Shown: positions 33,888 to 46,060, counted from the stretch's first letter. The stretch: 64,000 nucleotides of DNA from an uncultured Nitrososphaerales archaeon (GCA_963713605.1 CAVQMO010000012.1:192001-256000); one strand, 5' to 3'. The notes: generated by a model from the sequence alone, not told the origin. A program made the numbers and translations.

Positions 33888-34370
33888 ATGATGTCGCAAT
33901 TGTCAAATCCAGCGCCCGAAAAGAAAACAGTGATGATATGCGATGATGATACAGATTTGCTCCGACTATTTGGGCAAGCACTCAGATCGAAATATAATGT
34001 GATTTTGGTTAATTCTGGCGAAGAGTGCATTGAAAGATTCATAGAAGAAAAGAATCGGGGAAATAAAATACACCTCATACTATTAGATTATAGATTGGGC
34101 GACATGTTGGGGGATTCTGTTGCTAAGAAGATAAAAGACTATAATGGATCTATAATAATTCTGATTTCTGCATACGATCTGGATTACACACTTGTACAAG
34201 AATTAGAAGAAAATAGGTACATTGTGAAATCCATAGCAAAGCCAATTGAGCTGGCGAATCTAATTGCTATAATAGCAAGTACCGATAAGTTAGGACATGT
34301 AACATATCTAGCGGAATATTATCTGTTGTGTAAAAGAGCACAATGGAACCAAACTGATATCTGGATATGA
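33888..34370 (+). CDS. Response regulator receiver protein
   Basis: VMICDDD, LILLDYRL, ISA and AKP motifs. Confidence 0.9.
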   Translation: MMSQLSNPAPEKKTVMICDDDTDLLRLFGQALRSKYNVILVNSGEECIERFIEEKNRGNKIHLILLDYRLGDMLGDSVAKKIKDYNGSIIILISAYDLDYTLVQELEENRYIVKSIAKPIELANLIAIIASTDKLGHVTYLAEYYLLCKRAQWNQTDIWI

Positions 34371-34889
34371 CATAGACGACTCCATACTGAAAGAATTGGA
34401 GGAAAACAAGTACATTGCAAAATATGTGGAGAAGCCGATTTACTTGAGTAGCCTGATTAAGATTGTGGAAGAGACAGTACATGATTAAAGACAAACAAAA
34501 GCCTATTCCGCTTTTCGCCGCTGCAGTATAATAGTTTATGTGGTTCTATATACCTCTAATGTCTCTTCATATTTTCTTTTCATCATGCTTTTCTTTTAGT
34601 TACGCTCTATCTAGTACCGATAGATGAAAGCAAGAATAACAACAACAACTCCAAAAGTAGGTACTGCTAACTAGTACGAACTCTTTGGATAAGAACCTAT
34701 TTACTATTCTAATAAACAAGAGGTAATAGGCATCTATTTTTTCGGATTACGATCTTTCTAAATTCTGACTTTTATAGTGATATCAAACTTGCAGTTGACC
34801 GTTGCTTCATTGGTTTAGCCATACTGACTTACTATATCTTGTTTCGTTAATAGGGATTACTAGTAACTGGCCTGACTCACCGGTGCGAA

Positions 34890-35219
34890 TCAGTGCGTAA
34901 TGATGACGCCGCCTGATCCGCCGCCTCCGCCGCCTCCGCCGCCGATGGTTGAGCCGCCGTCTGATCCGCCGTTGTCTGATCCGCCGCCGATGGTTGAGCC
35001 GCCGTCTGATCCGCCGCCTCCGCCGCCTGCTAATCCAGATATAGATCCGCTAGCATTATTGGTCCCAGTCATATTTTCGCTTGGACTTGTCATATTTCCG
35101 GTCATGTTTTGAGCTTTTACAGGTTGTTGTTCATTAAACACACTGCTACCAACCATAATGCTACCGACTGTTGCAATCATAATCGCAAATATTGTGAGCT
35201 TTGCTATTCGAAGTGACAT
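34890..35219 (-). CDS. Small secreted NMT/Gly-rich protein related to 30259-30597
   Basis: Signal peptide, AQNMTGNMTS..NMTG, and duplicated GGSDGGSTIGGG. Confidence 0.75.
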   Translation of the reverse strand: MSLRIAKLTIFAIMIATVGSIMVGSSVFNEQQPVKAQNMTGNMTSPSENMTGTNNASGSISGLAGGGGGGSDGGSTIGGGSDNGGSDGGSTIGGGGGGGGGSGGVIITH

Positions 35220-35334
35220 ATAGTGTCACCAACCGTCATACTATAAAGGGTTTCAATTCTATCTTGGTCACACTCCCCCGAATCCGCAGATGCTAAGAGT
35301 TGCCAACAAGCGCTAACGACGTGTTAATCAAAAT

Positions 35335-35829
35335 ATGCCATCATATGAAGCATATGCTACTTATATCCAACTAACTATTCTAAGAGACACGAAACAATAT
35401 CTTGCCGCGTTTGTTATTGCTGTCGTCGTATTAGCAATATTCGGAGTAACTGTGCAGTCATCATACGGATCTGAGTTGTCTAAGATAAGAACAAGAGGTA
35501 TGAATATCCCAGCTGTCATTGCTACATCTGGTGAAACAGTGTATGTTGTATGGGGTAGTAGTGATCCAGCCACCAACAACACAGAGATTATGTTTAGAAT
35601 GTCTGGAGATGGCGGACAAACATACCAAGACAAAGTAATCTGAGCAACTCAACTGGCTCTAATTCCACTGACTTTGATGTAGAAGCTACCGATGATAACG
35701 TAATAGTAAGCTGGTGGGAAACTAATTCTACAAGCTCTGAGCCAGTACCTGAGATACAGCACCGACAATGGTGGTACATTTGGTCCGGTGTTGAGACTAG
35801 CAACTAATGGAACTATCGGCGGCGGATAG
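35335..35829 (+). pseudogene. Asp-box/BNR (sialidase-like) short secreted protein, frameshifted
   Basis: VYVVW...EIMFRMSGDGGQTY, then NLSNSTGS...VSWWETN...FGPVLRLATNGTIG in other frames. Confidence 0.75.
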
Positions 35830-36022
35830 TAATTACCAGATATTTCCCATAATTTTTTATCCCAGATAACTATATGCCGACCGAACCGCTAATTCAACTT
35901 GCAGAGTAGCCGATCATATCATCTAGCAGTGATATTGATGCATTTCAACTTGTAACTAAGTGCATTCGTTATTCGGGCTTAATCGGTTAATGTCATCCAT
36001 AGTATTGTTAAGTGGGATTTAA

Positions 36023-36286
36023 TTAGATCTCAAATTCTTTCAAAGATTCTTCTGATAGATTGAAATAAACTCGCTTATCACCATAATGGTCAATTCTTAT
36101 CTGAGGGATAAAATATACGTGTTCTCTCTTAAATTCACCATCTAGTATAATCAATTTATCTTTGTATTCTGCGATCACTTTTCCAATTTCTCTATCTTTA
36201 TCAAGACTTAAACTAGCAGAAGCTCTGTGAGAAGCATAATAGCTTCCCAAAGAAACTTTGATATTCTTTGCTTTGCTATTTCTCAT
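36023..36286 (-). CDS. PRC-barrel-like small protein, possibly degenerate
   Basis: EIGKVIAE...YFIPQIRIDHYGDKRVYFNLSEE. Confidence 0.55.
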   Translation of the reverse strand: MRNSKAKNIKVSLGSYYASHRASASLSLDKDREIGKVIAEYKDKLIILDGEFKREHVYFIPQIRIDHYGDKRVYFNLSEESLKEFEI

Positions 36287-36485
36287 TTTAAATAACCACT
36301 GCTATAAGCAAGTCAACCATTTACATGTAATAATGAATTAGGGGGTCAGTATGTTATAGTTAGTGTCATAGAGTGGATATTAATAATGTATTACACCAAC
36401 AGACTTTAGCGTGACTAACCAATATAATACTATTATATCTAATAATATTATTATATCTAACTAGATGGCTAGCTGACAGAGAGTT

Positions 36486-37133
36486 CTATGTGTAAACTTC
36501 TCTTTGTCTATTAACTGATAACTCTGCAGCAGTTTCTCTTGCTGTGTTTGCGATGGTTTTTGCATTATCCACATTTATTCTTGAAAGCTCTTTTGTATAT
36601 CGTTGTGCTCGTTCGAATGCGTTTCCCAAAGCTTCAATATTTCCAAATAAGATGTCATTGCCTATTCTTACTGATGCTGAGAGGTTTTCAGCAATATTGT
36701 TGACTGACCTGACATATGTCTCTGCCGGTACTCTCGGAGAAAACCAGTAATCATGTAATCTATTAGCATTTTCATAATACGGAGCTGCAGAGTTAATGAG
36801 CGAATCAACTACTGACTTTTGAGCTTCAATATAATCTTCTACCATTTTTCCAGTCGATTCTAATACTTGTTCTTGATAGTGAGTAACTACAGTTGTGAAT
36901 TGTGGAATTTGAGTTCTTGCTTCGTCTATTGATTTTCTTACATTCTCTTTTGTTTCATCTAATGATTTGTGAAATGTGCGTTGAAAATCTTGTACTGCTA
37001 CTAGTTGTTGTTGTTGCTGTTGTCCAACTTTTTGTAGAGTTTGGGCTGCATCGTTTTTATCTCTTATACTTTTGGCTTCTTCAGCGACTCTTTGAGTGTC
37101 TTCAATAGCTTTAACTTGTTCTGTTTTGGACAT
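36486..37133 (-). CDS. All-helical amphipathic protein (phasin-like candidate)
   Basis: KSLDETKENVRKSIDEAR.QIP...YIEAQK...WFSP...KELSRI; no Cys and no TM segment. Confidence 0.75.
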   Translation of the reverse strand: MSKTEQVKAIEDTQRVAEEAKSIRDKNDAAQTLQKVGQQQQQQLVAVQDFQRTFHKSLDETKENVRKSIDEARTQIPQFTTVVTHYQEQVLESTGKMVEDYIEAQKSVVDSLINSAAPYYENANRLHDYWFSPRVPAETYVRSVNNIAENLSASVRIGNDILFGNIEALGNAFERAQRYTKELSRINVDNAKTIANTARETAAELSVNRQREVYT

Positions 37134-37256
37134 ATAAGATCTTCTCACGATAGTTATATAAACACTGGCAATTTAATGGAATTTGTCCCCATATTAGGTA
37201 ACATCAGGCATATTGCGGGATTAATACGGCGTACGTTCTAATATTATCAGTTAATA

Positions 37257-37445
37257 GATGCGATATCTTTAGCCTGGTTGGTTATTCATATTGATTTATA
37301 GTGACATATATGCCGCTCGAAGTAGCCTGGCATTTTACTGCAAGTAAGATCAAGCCATTGAGTGGAAATAGTATAAAACCATGTCTCTTTAAGCAAGTTA
37401 AACTAGTTGCAGTGGCTATGACACATTACATTTTTAGAAGCCGTT
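37257..37445 (+). pseudogene. Remnant paralog of the small membrane protein at 50953-51138
   Basis: FIVTYMPLEVAWHFTASKIK...IKPCLFKQ versus FTLTYLFLELAWHFTACKIK...LKPCLFKE. Confidence 0.7.
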
Positions 37446-37495
37446 ATGATTAAATTGACCCTTCATCTAACTCTAATCAGCTGCCAAAGCCATTT

Positions 37496-38659
37496 ATGAC
37501 TTCAGTGATTTCAACTATAAAAAATATTACTTCTAAGAATAATGGTTGGGTGTTTATATTATCTTTTGGACTTATCATATTAGTACTGATCGGGACGCCA
37601 TACATTACATCGATCGCAACATCATCAACAGAAGAAACACAAAAAATTCCGTTATATTATATAAGTACCCGAGATCCACAGGATCCTATATACTCAGTAG
37701 TGACGGGACCAGGATACGGTAACGATACATATCGAAATTTGAGCGAACTAACAGAAAAACCATGTCAAAATGAAACCGTTGTAATATTTATTCATGGATG
37801 GGAAGAGAGTGAAGATAATGTAAAAGAGAGGTTAAACAGAGTGAAGTTGTCGCTAGAAAATAATAGTTATATTCACCCGTTGATAGTCTTTAGTTGGCCC
37901 TCTGACACACAATGGGATAGCGCCAGGTCTATAGCCACTGAAAATGGTCCAAAACTTGCAAACTTAATTTTCAATATAAATAATGAATGCTCAGGTACTG
38001 ACATAAGATTACTTGCACATTCATTGGGGGCTAGAGTTGTGCTTAGCAACTTAGAAAGTTTACACGAGAACAAAACTTGGAATAACAATAATTTCACTAT
38101 TAAATCTGTAGATTTATTGGGCGCGGCGGTTGATGATGAAGAGGTTTCTACTAATCCAATAGACATTCTAACCGATCTGACAAATTTGGGTACTCCTAAA
38201 TCAGACTATGGACAAGCAATTGAAGCAGTGGTAACAAATTTCACAAATTATTTTAGCAGTAAAGATAATACGCTTGAACCAAACCCCGAAAAACCGATTT
38301 ATCCATTTTTTGAAACCGATTTGGCACTTGGGCAGAGTGGATATCAAAAAGTTCCATACGACATCAAAATTACAAAATCACTCCCAGATAATTACATCGA
38401 GAAAGATGTAAAAGAAGAATTAGTGGCAGAATGTGATGCAGACGGTGACGGAAAGAGTGATTTTCCGTTTGAGAATAGTCAAACTATTACCATAGGGGAT
38501 AATCACAGGGGCTATCTTGGCTATAGAAACATAACCGACAATTCAAAAATAACTTATGATGGAGCGATCGATATAGTTATCGAAAACTGGAATAATAATA
38601 GAACATCTAATACAAGCCCGAATTTGGAATTGAGTTCTGTATGTCATGACAGTCAATAG
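37496..38659 (+). CDS. Secreted alpha/beta hydrolase (DUF900/DUF726-like)
   Basis: VIFIHGW, FSWPS, AHSLG, LLGAAVD and NHRGY motifs. Confidence 0.88.
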   Translation: MTSVISTIKNITSKNNGWVFILSFGLIILVLIGTPYITSIATSSTEETQKIPLYYISTRDPQDPIYSVVTGPGYGNDTYRNLSELTEKPCQNETVVIFIHGWEESEDNVKERLNRVKLSLENNSYIHPLIVFSWPSDTQWDSARSIATENGPKLANLIFNINNECSGTDIRLLAHSLGARVVLSNLESLHENKTWNNNNFTIKSVDLLGAAVDDEEVSTNPIDILTDLTNLGTPKSDYGQAIEAVVTNFTNYFSSKDNTLEPNPEKPIYPFFETDLALGQSGYQKVPYDIKITKSLPDNYIEKDVKEELVAECDADGDGKSDFPFENSQTITIGDNHRGYLGYRNITDNSKITYDGAIDIVIENWNNNRTSNTSPNLELSSVCHDSQ

Positions 38660-38683
38660 TGTGTCTGTGTAACCATACGTCGT

Positions 38684-38953
38684 CTATGCACCGTAACTAA
38701 AATACCCCGGATTGTCTTTTTCATATTTTGATTTTAGCTCTTGCTCATTAATTCTTAGCTTTACTTTTCCGTCTTGATACGTTTCTAATAGCTCCCTATC
38801 CATCCTATAGTATTTGGAATGGATTATCTTATCTTTCACAATAAATTGATCCGCTTCTAGTCCATCCACATGACCCACATGTTTGTTGTCGCTTGTATAA
38901 ACAGATTTAGTTATTATTTCGCCCCAATCAAAATCTCGTTCATTATTCTTCAT
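38684..38953 (-). CDS. PRC-barrel domain protein
   Basis: DWGEIITKSVYTSDNKHVGHVD. Confidence 0.75.
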   Translation of the reverse strand: MKNNERDFDWGEIITKSVYTSDNKHVGHVDGLEADQFIVKDKIIHSKYYRMDRELLETYQDGKVKLRINEQELKSKYEKDNPGYFSYGA

Positions 38954-39232
38954 GGGTGCGCTTACACAGTTGAGCTTAATAAAGCCTCTTGAGTCCATAG
39001 ACTGGGTATATCTAATGGTAAATCAAAAATGATTCTGAGCCGTAACATGCTATGTCTAGATTCTTAATAGTTTATTATAAATTCGTGATGTTGAAGTTAC
39101 CCCGAACTTCAACAGTCTCTTTAATAGTATTTACTTCACCCTCGACACTCCATCTCCTAACTTAATATTTTACCATTTTTTAACTCTTGACTGGATTATT
39201 GATTCAAATTGTCTTCTGAAATAATAAACATT

Positions 39233-39601
39233 CTAGTCTACACAAATACCCGGGACTGCCACTTTCTTGAATAAGTGTGGAGACATCACAGTATTGGGCA
39301 AGACTTTAGCCATGTTTGATCTAAACTCTGGTCTATCAAATGCTTGCTTAAAAGGTCCTGCAGATTCCCAAACGACATAATTAATGAATGTGGTACTACC
39401 AGCAATTCCCCGATGCAGCTGGGCGGAAATGAATCCGGGTTGCTGTTTGAAAGTTTCTGTAGTCTTAGTGAATACCTGTAAAAACTCATCGATCTCTTGA
39501 GGGTCTACATTGAATCTGTTCATCACGATGACTGGCCCAACATCTTCATCCGATTGTTTTTCAAGAGCTATTCTTTCATCTGTTTCTACGATTTTTACCA
39601 T
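39233..39601 (-). CDS. Antibiotic biosynthesis monooxygenase (ABM) family protein
   Basis: KQQPGFISAQLHRGIAGSTTFINYVVWES. Confidence 0.92.
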   Translation of the reverse strand: MVKIVETDERIALEKQSDEDVGPVIVMNRFNVDPQEIDEFLQVFTKTTETFKQQPGFISAQLHRGIAGSTTFINYVVWESAGPFKQAFDRPEFRSNMAKVLPNTVMSPHLFKKVAVPGICVD

Positions 39602-40665
39602 ATCTTATTTTGGGACAGCTTGGTATTTCAGTTTTGTTGATAGATTAGCACATCAATCATTAACAGTACTATCGATAGCAAGAAAGAATGAGTAGTTGTA
39701 ATCAGTCTCGGTCGATATCCAAAAAATGTTAGGAATGACTACCAGTGGTCAGGGCATGAATATAACTAAACTGATTGCGACAGTTAGCCTGGCAGTGGCA
39801 GTATTAACAATGATGACATCCAATCAGCTACCAGTGTACGCGTCGCCAACAACTGAAGATGATGGTTTGGTTGAGGATGACGAAGATAGCCATGGTGAAA
39901 TATAAGCCAAGAAGTATTAGAAGTAGATTATGAGGGTTCACAATGGGAAGATGACATTGAACCAAATGAATTTGAAGAAGCAACTTTATCAGATCTCGGC
40001 ATGATTAACCATACGATTCTTAGCTGTTACCGTAAAGTACCTAATAACTATGAAGATTGTAGAATACTATAGAAAGTGTATAAAACAGGAAACCTTACTC
40101 CTGGTTATTAATTAGGATTAGCACTACGGAAAAGGTCCAATTAATAACTTTCTGGGAGAAAGGACATCGATGAGAACTGTCTGTCAGACCATTACCAAGA
40201 TTATGTTTAATATGAATGGGAGATTTGGAGGTAAAAAGAGGAATCATATTTGTCTTCTGAGTGTCATATGAAGTACACGCTTATTGACGAGGACTTAGGG
40301 TTACAGATAGAGGCAAAAGGCCTCCAAACATTAATTCCCGAAAATTGGGAACAAATGCCGTCAGGGAACCTGAAGATCATAGACCAAGAGCAGTTTAAGT
40401 CAGAGAGTAGGGCGTTTCAGCCTATGCCTTAATCACTCCTATTCTCACGAAATATCACATTGTAAATTCAGCTTTGCCCTGTATTAATAGGACACATCAA
40501 GTTGTCTGCTAGAATATTCGGTACCATCTTCTTTTTTCCTATTGTATGGAATAAATTCTTGTGCTTCATCAAAAGTGTAGCAATTAGATTATTATAGTGT
40601 TAGTCACTGCTTATCAATTCGAGAAGATGTATCCCTCTGTAAAAGTAAAACGTTGCGGATAATAT

Positions 40666-42028
40666 ATGGATCTACATGTCCTAACATGGCTTTCAGCAGA
40701 CGGTCGATTGATTCTTGCTGCTAGAATAATTAGAACATTTGGTTACGGTTTTCTTAGTGTTATTCTGTCGATTTACTTAGCACTAATCGGCTTTGATGGC
40801 TTCGAGGTGGGATTGATTCTCTCAGCCAGTTTGATAAACAGCATATTCTTCAATTTAGTAGCTTCTTTCTACGCAAATAGATTAGGACGTAGGCGACTAC
40901 TTATTATATACTCACTCCTGATGTCCTTATCTGGCATCATATTCTTTGTTACAGATAACTATACTTTATTGATCGTTGCAGCATTAATTGGAACTATTAA
41001 TGTAACAGGTTCAGAGACGAGTGTATTTCTTTCGATAGAGCAGGCAATACTGCCACGAACGACCAAGGACATAAAAAAGAGAAACGTATTGTTTGCAATT
41101 TATAATATGGTTGGGACATTTGCAATGTCTGCAGGGATTCTACTTTCAGGCTTGCCTAATGTCGTTGAGCAATTTTATCACGGATTAGATCTGATAGAAT
41201 CTATAAAGATACTCTTTCTCATCTATAGCCTCTTAGGTCTGGCATCCGTCCTAATATATTTACGTCTTTCAAAGGATATAGAAGTTACTGTAAAAGAGAA
41301 TAGATCACCAATCAATGCAACCGACCAAGAATATGGGAAATTCTATAATAATAAGGGCGAAGATCAAAAACTACCCCAAAACAACAATAAGAGAAAGCAG
41401 ATAGGCAGAACTTTCAAGGGATCGTTCTTGTTCTCTTCAATATTCTCGCCTAAATCAAAGGAGATCGTTACTAAATTGTCCGGACTGTTCGCTATTGATT
41501 CCTTTGCTGGAGGATTTGTGATCCAGAGCATAGTCTCGCTGTGGTTCTATACAAGGTTTGGGGCAGATCTTTCTACCATATCTTACATTTTATCAATTTC
41601 AGGAGTATTTACTGCCTTCTCCTTCATAGCAGCAGCAAGAATCGCAGATAGAATAGGTCTGATCAATACAATGGTCTTTACACATCTACCATCCAATATC
41701 CTGATTATCTGTGTAGCATTTGCTCCAACACTCCCAATAGCTGCGATTTTGTACCTTATTAGAATGGCTTTTTCACAAATGGACGTACCTGCAAGACAAT
41801 CTTACATAGTATCAGTGGTTAAAGATGAAGAAACGTACTGCTGCAACTGGGATAACTAACATTTCTAGAAATATATCTCAAGCTTTATCGCCTTCAGTTG
41901 CTGGATACATTCTGCAGGCTACATCATCTCTTTTTGCCCCTTTTCTTATCGGGGGTCTGTTGAAGGTGATTTATGACGTAGCATTATACTTTAACTTCAG
42001 GAACATAAAGCCACAACAGGAAAAGTAG
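40666..42028 (+). CDS. MFS transporter, frameshifted near 41830
   Basis: Multiple TM helices, ANRLGRRR, DSFAGG and SQMDVPARQSY; C-terminus RTAATGITNISR in another frame. Confidence 0.9.
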
Positions 42029-42109
42029 GTCGCAATTAGGTGTTGAATTGTGATGAATGTCACTTGAATCCTTAATCATTAAAATTGCAGTTAACGCCTA
42101 TGTTGCTCT

Positions 42110-42559
42110 ATGAAATGGATAACGAGAGAACATGCCAAAGTTGACAGAATTGCATGTCCATGGTTGATAAAGAACTTTATCGATAATGATGCTGAATTTC
42201 TCTTTGTTCCTGCCCACAAAGTACTAGAAGTAGCAAGAGAGCGAAATGCTATACCTTTTGATGTGCCCAATGTAGAGCTTGGTCATCATGGCGAAGAATG
42301 TTCGTTTGATGCCATTATAAAGAAAAACGAGCTGGACAAAAAAGAGCCTGCACTGTTGGAGTTATCAAAGATTGTAAGAGGTGCGGACACTCCGAACAGA
42401 TCACTAACACTACAGTCAGAAGGCTTGGTTGCAATTGCGACTGGATTTGGCCTAATTTCCAAAGATGACCATGATAACATGGCAAAGCAGTTCTGCGTTT
42501 ACGATGCTTTACTTGCATTCTGCAAATCTAATAAGAAAGCGACCTCTAGTCGTCATTAG
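42110..42559 (+). CDS. Chromate-resistance ChrB-domain protein (C-terminal ChrB domain only)
   Basis: MKWITRE..KVDRIACPWLI..FID, HHGEECSFD, IVRGAD and YDALLAFC. Confidence 0.9.
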   Translation: MKWITREHAKVDRIACPWLIKNFIDNDAEFLFVPAHKVLEVARERNAIPFDVPNVELGHHGEECSFDAIIKKNELDKKEPALLELSKIVRGADTPNRSLTLQSEGLVAIATGFGLISKDDHDNMAKQFCVYDALLAFCKSNKKATSSRH

Positions 42560-43305
42560 TCATTTGAAAGAAGTGACTACGTAAACCACCTGTCGTCTAT
42601 CGTCCTCGTCACCTGGATAAATATCTAGAAGCCAAAATAATCACTTGTCTTGATTATGGTGCTACACAGATAATAAGAAGCCAATTACTTATTATTTCGT
42701 TTACAAAACTGGTCAGTGATGTCTGCATGCTTCCTTGTCTTCACTATCGAAAAGGTCAAGTTATGCCTAGTTTAACGTTATTTCAATTCTCTTGATTTAG
42801 AAAGTAATGATGGTCGGGGGCTAGAAATCTGTGAAAGAACCCCCAGCTTTTTAGACTAACCGTCTATCTACAAATTTGGATTACTGGTAGAAATATTTCT
42901 ATATGGTGCCCTTGCAATGCTTTCTGAAATACCACACATCTGACAACATTTTACAGTATTCTTTTTGGGATCGTCAGAAACATACCACTCTGCAGGGTCG
43001 ACTAAATTAACTGCAAAGTGTGCATCCTTGTTTGCTGTGGGATATTTCTTTAAGAAAACCTTCAAATATTCCTTATGCTTTGGTGTTCGCAATCAGTTTT
43101 ATGCATACAAAGTTAGTGAATCAACTTAATAACGAATGTAGCTCTGCCAGTAATTATCAACCCTAAACCATTAATGTTTTCCATACACTTTATCTAAGAT
43201 CTATTATGTAAATTTAAATAAAGAACTGAGTCAGTCAGTACCGCAAGAGGTATAACCTTAACCAATTGACTGGCAACATCGACAAAGGCGAAGGAGACAG
43301 TAACA

Positions 43306-44883
43306 ATGCTGCCAGCCGACTCAGGGATTCCATTCAATGCTTGGAAGATACTTGCCATACTAAGCTGTATATCAATAATGGTACTTTATGCGGAAACCAT
43401 GCTTATACCAGCTATTCCTCACATCATAGATGAATTTAATATTACGTATGGTACATCTTCCTGGATCCTTTCATCATACCTTATCGCAGGAGCTGTCTCT
43501 GTGCCTGTGGCAGGAAAGCTATCTGACATGTACGGGAGAAAGAAAATTCTCTTGCTTGTACTTATAATATATACTGCAGGAGTAGTTGGAGCTGCATTTT
43601 CAGTTGATTTCCATTCATTGTTGATTTCAAGGACTGTACAGGGGGTAGGATTGTCTGTATTTCCCATTGTATTTGCAATTGTTCAAGACGAATTTCCCAG
43701 GAACAAAATTGCAATTGCACAAGGAACACTTGCTTCAATGTTTGCCTTTGGAGGGGTACTTGGTCTGGTTGTGGGCGGAAACATAATAGAATACTTTGGT
43801 TGGAAAGCGACATTTTATTCCGTTGCACCGGTAGCTGTATTGTTGATAATTATAATCATAAAGCAGGTCCATGTCAAAGATTCATCTCAAGGATCGCATA
43901 CATTGATTCAGCAGCGAAAGCAATTTTTCTATGGAAACGAGAAAGAAGGTGATGATGATGACGATTCCGCAGAAAAGAGAACGAATCTTCCAAATACAGT
44001 CAAAGGAGGTTTAGCGAGACTGGATATCAAGGGAGTAATATTTCTTGTCATAACTATTACCTCCTTTCTATCCGCTCTAACGCTGGTACAAACATCATCA
44101 TCATCACCATCATCACCATCAACTGGAAATACAATCTCCCATGACTGGCAGCTTGCCATCCTTGCTTTTCTAGGCTCCGCTTCTCTTGCTGTATTCATTT
44201 TTGTAGAGAAGAGATCCTCGTCACCTATTGTAGATTTCAAACTTATCTCCAAAAAACCTGTACTCCTGTCAAATATGTTGGTAATAATCTGGGGCATCTG
44301 CACTTTTGCAATCTTTCAGACCATACCCATATTAGTTCAGAGTCCAGTTCAGGCTGGAGGGTTAGGTGGCAACGCTGTAAATGCCGCAAATATACAGCTG
44401 CCGTTTTCCATTACATCGCTTATCTTTGGCCCGACATCAGGATTTATAATATCAAAGATAGGCTCGCCAAGGGTAACAATCATAGGAGCATTGGTTATGA
44501 CTTGTGGCTTTTTTCTAATGTTAGTCTTGAGTACTAACGTAATACACTTGGTGACAGCACTGGCTGTAATCGGGATTGGGTTGTCTCTTCTAAATGTTGG
44601 ACAGCTTAATGTGAATTCTATTTCGGTCTCCCCTCGATTGATAGGAACGTCACTTGGCATAAATACATTATTAAGATATATCGGATCTGCTATCGGCCCT
44701 GTTATAGCTGGAATGCTTATGCAAAGCAACCAGACTGTAATCAATGTTACTGGTAACATGCCTAAGTCTTTTCCTTCAGGTCAATCATACGGCTTTATTT
44801 TTGCAGTCTCCCTGGCTTTATCAGTAATTGCGATAATATTGTCAGTGAAGATATTGCAAATCAAAAAGTGGGATCAAAAATAG
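43306..44883 (+). CDS. MFS transporter (DHA2-like)
   Basis: GKLSDMYGRKK motif A, RTVQGVG and many TM helices. Confidence 0.93.
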   Translation: MLPADSGIPFNAWKILAILSCISIMVLYAETMLIPAIPHIIDEFNITYGTSSWILSSYLIAGAVSVPVAGKLSDMYGRKKILLLVLIIYTAGVVGAAFSVDFHSLLISRTVQGVGLSVFPIVFAIVQDEFPRNKIAIAQGTLASMFAFGGVLGLVVGGNIIEYFGWKATFYSVAPVAVLLIIIIIKQVHVKDSSQGSHTLIQQRKQFFYGNEKEGDDDDDSAEKRTNLPNTVKGGLARLDIKGVIFLVITITSFLSALTLVQTSSSSPSSPSTGNTISHDWQLAILAFLGSASLAVFIFVEKRSSSPIVDFKLISKKPVLLSNMLVIIWGICTFAIFQTIPILVQSPVQAGGLGGNAVNAANIQLPFSITSLIFGPTSGFIISKIGSPRVTIIGALVMTCGFFLMLVLSTNVIHLVTALAVIGIGLSLLNVGQLNVNSISVSPRLIGTSLGINTLLRYIGSAIGPVIAGMLMQSNQTVINVTGNMPKSFPSGQSYGFIFAVSLALSVIAIILSVKILQIKKWDQK

Positions 44884-45629
44884 ACAATCCGGTTAAGAGT
44901 TCATTATTTATAACATTACGGCATTGTATAATCACAAGACTCAGATTATAGTCAGATATAATCTGGCTCATTGCCAACAGTATCCTTGGATAAACAGATA
45001 CTATTATTTAGTAAAGACAATGATTCGCTTTGCGTATTACTGAATAATATTATTTCATGGAAAACCCAACGATCACCAACGGGTCTTCCTATAGCAGAAA
45101 CAAAATTGATTTGATTCCCGACCTATAGGAGCTCAGTTCCAGCAGAACGGGACAGTTGGTAAAGTACGGTGAAATACCAATACAGTAAAAGCTATGGCAT
45201 CTGCATTCGTGATGATAACTCATAGAGTGTCCAAAACCATCAAGCTAGTTTTGGTAGTTGGAGTTGGCGTCACTGTTCCATAGTAACACTTTCACGACAT
45301 ACTAGTTTTATCGTGGCATGATAGTTGCGGTATGAATCGTGACATGATCAGTGTCCGCTCGGCTCGTTTCCTATCTAAGTTTGAATCAAAATAATCAGTT
45401 AAATGAAAAATTATGGGAATGGACATATGCATGGCCAAGACAGTAGTCGATGGAAAGCGCCTACACATCGACTATGTCTCAATGAACATGTCAAAATTTC
45501 TCTTGACGGCATGTATTGTACAATTCAATAACCATTACATCCAGTATTCTGTCAACGTATCTTTATCTAATTGTGTAATCTGAACAGTTTCCGATATAGT
45601 ATGAACAGTTCTTGTTTCAAATTTGTTAA

Positions 45630-45930
45630 CTCATCAGTTCTGTCCAAGTAGTCAGCTATTTCATCAAATGAGTAACCAGAATCATTCAAGCTTTTAGTAA
45701 GTCAGTCGATACCAGCTTGCTTCAACGTATCTGATGCAGCAAGAAGACTATTTACTGTCTCAAAATTGTCACTGCCATCCCAACCAAAATAAGACATTAT
45801 TACTCCCATAGCACATCTGCCATTCTGTCCATCAGAATATTGCAACTGAATCTGTCTGAATTGCTTCCCATTTGTTCTTAGAATCTGAGACACGGTTAGT
45901 TTATGTTTTAAAGTAGCTGCTGTCTACATA
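45630..45930 (-). pseudogene. Hypothetical protein with an internal stop
   Basis: QYSDGQNGRCAMGVIMSYFGW...*...LNDSGYSFDEIADYLD. Confidence 0.55.
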
Positions 45931-46060
45931 TAAGGTTCAAATTGAATAAAGGAACTCCACGATTTCTGATCTCACATTTGCATTCAGATCACAGTCAATA
46001 AAAGTTTAGAATCTTTTCTGTTTTTTATACATATTCTAATAGCCTGCGAACTAATTGACG

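Noticed and set aside
34900..35112. Poly-Pro ORF
   Set aside because: Antisense of the Gly-rich secreted protein, which has a proper signal peptide.
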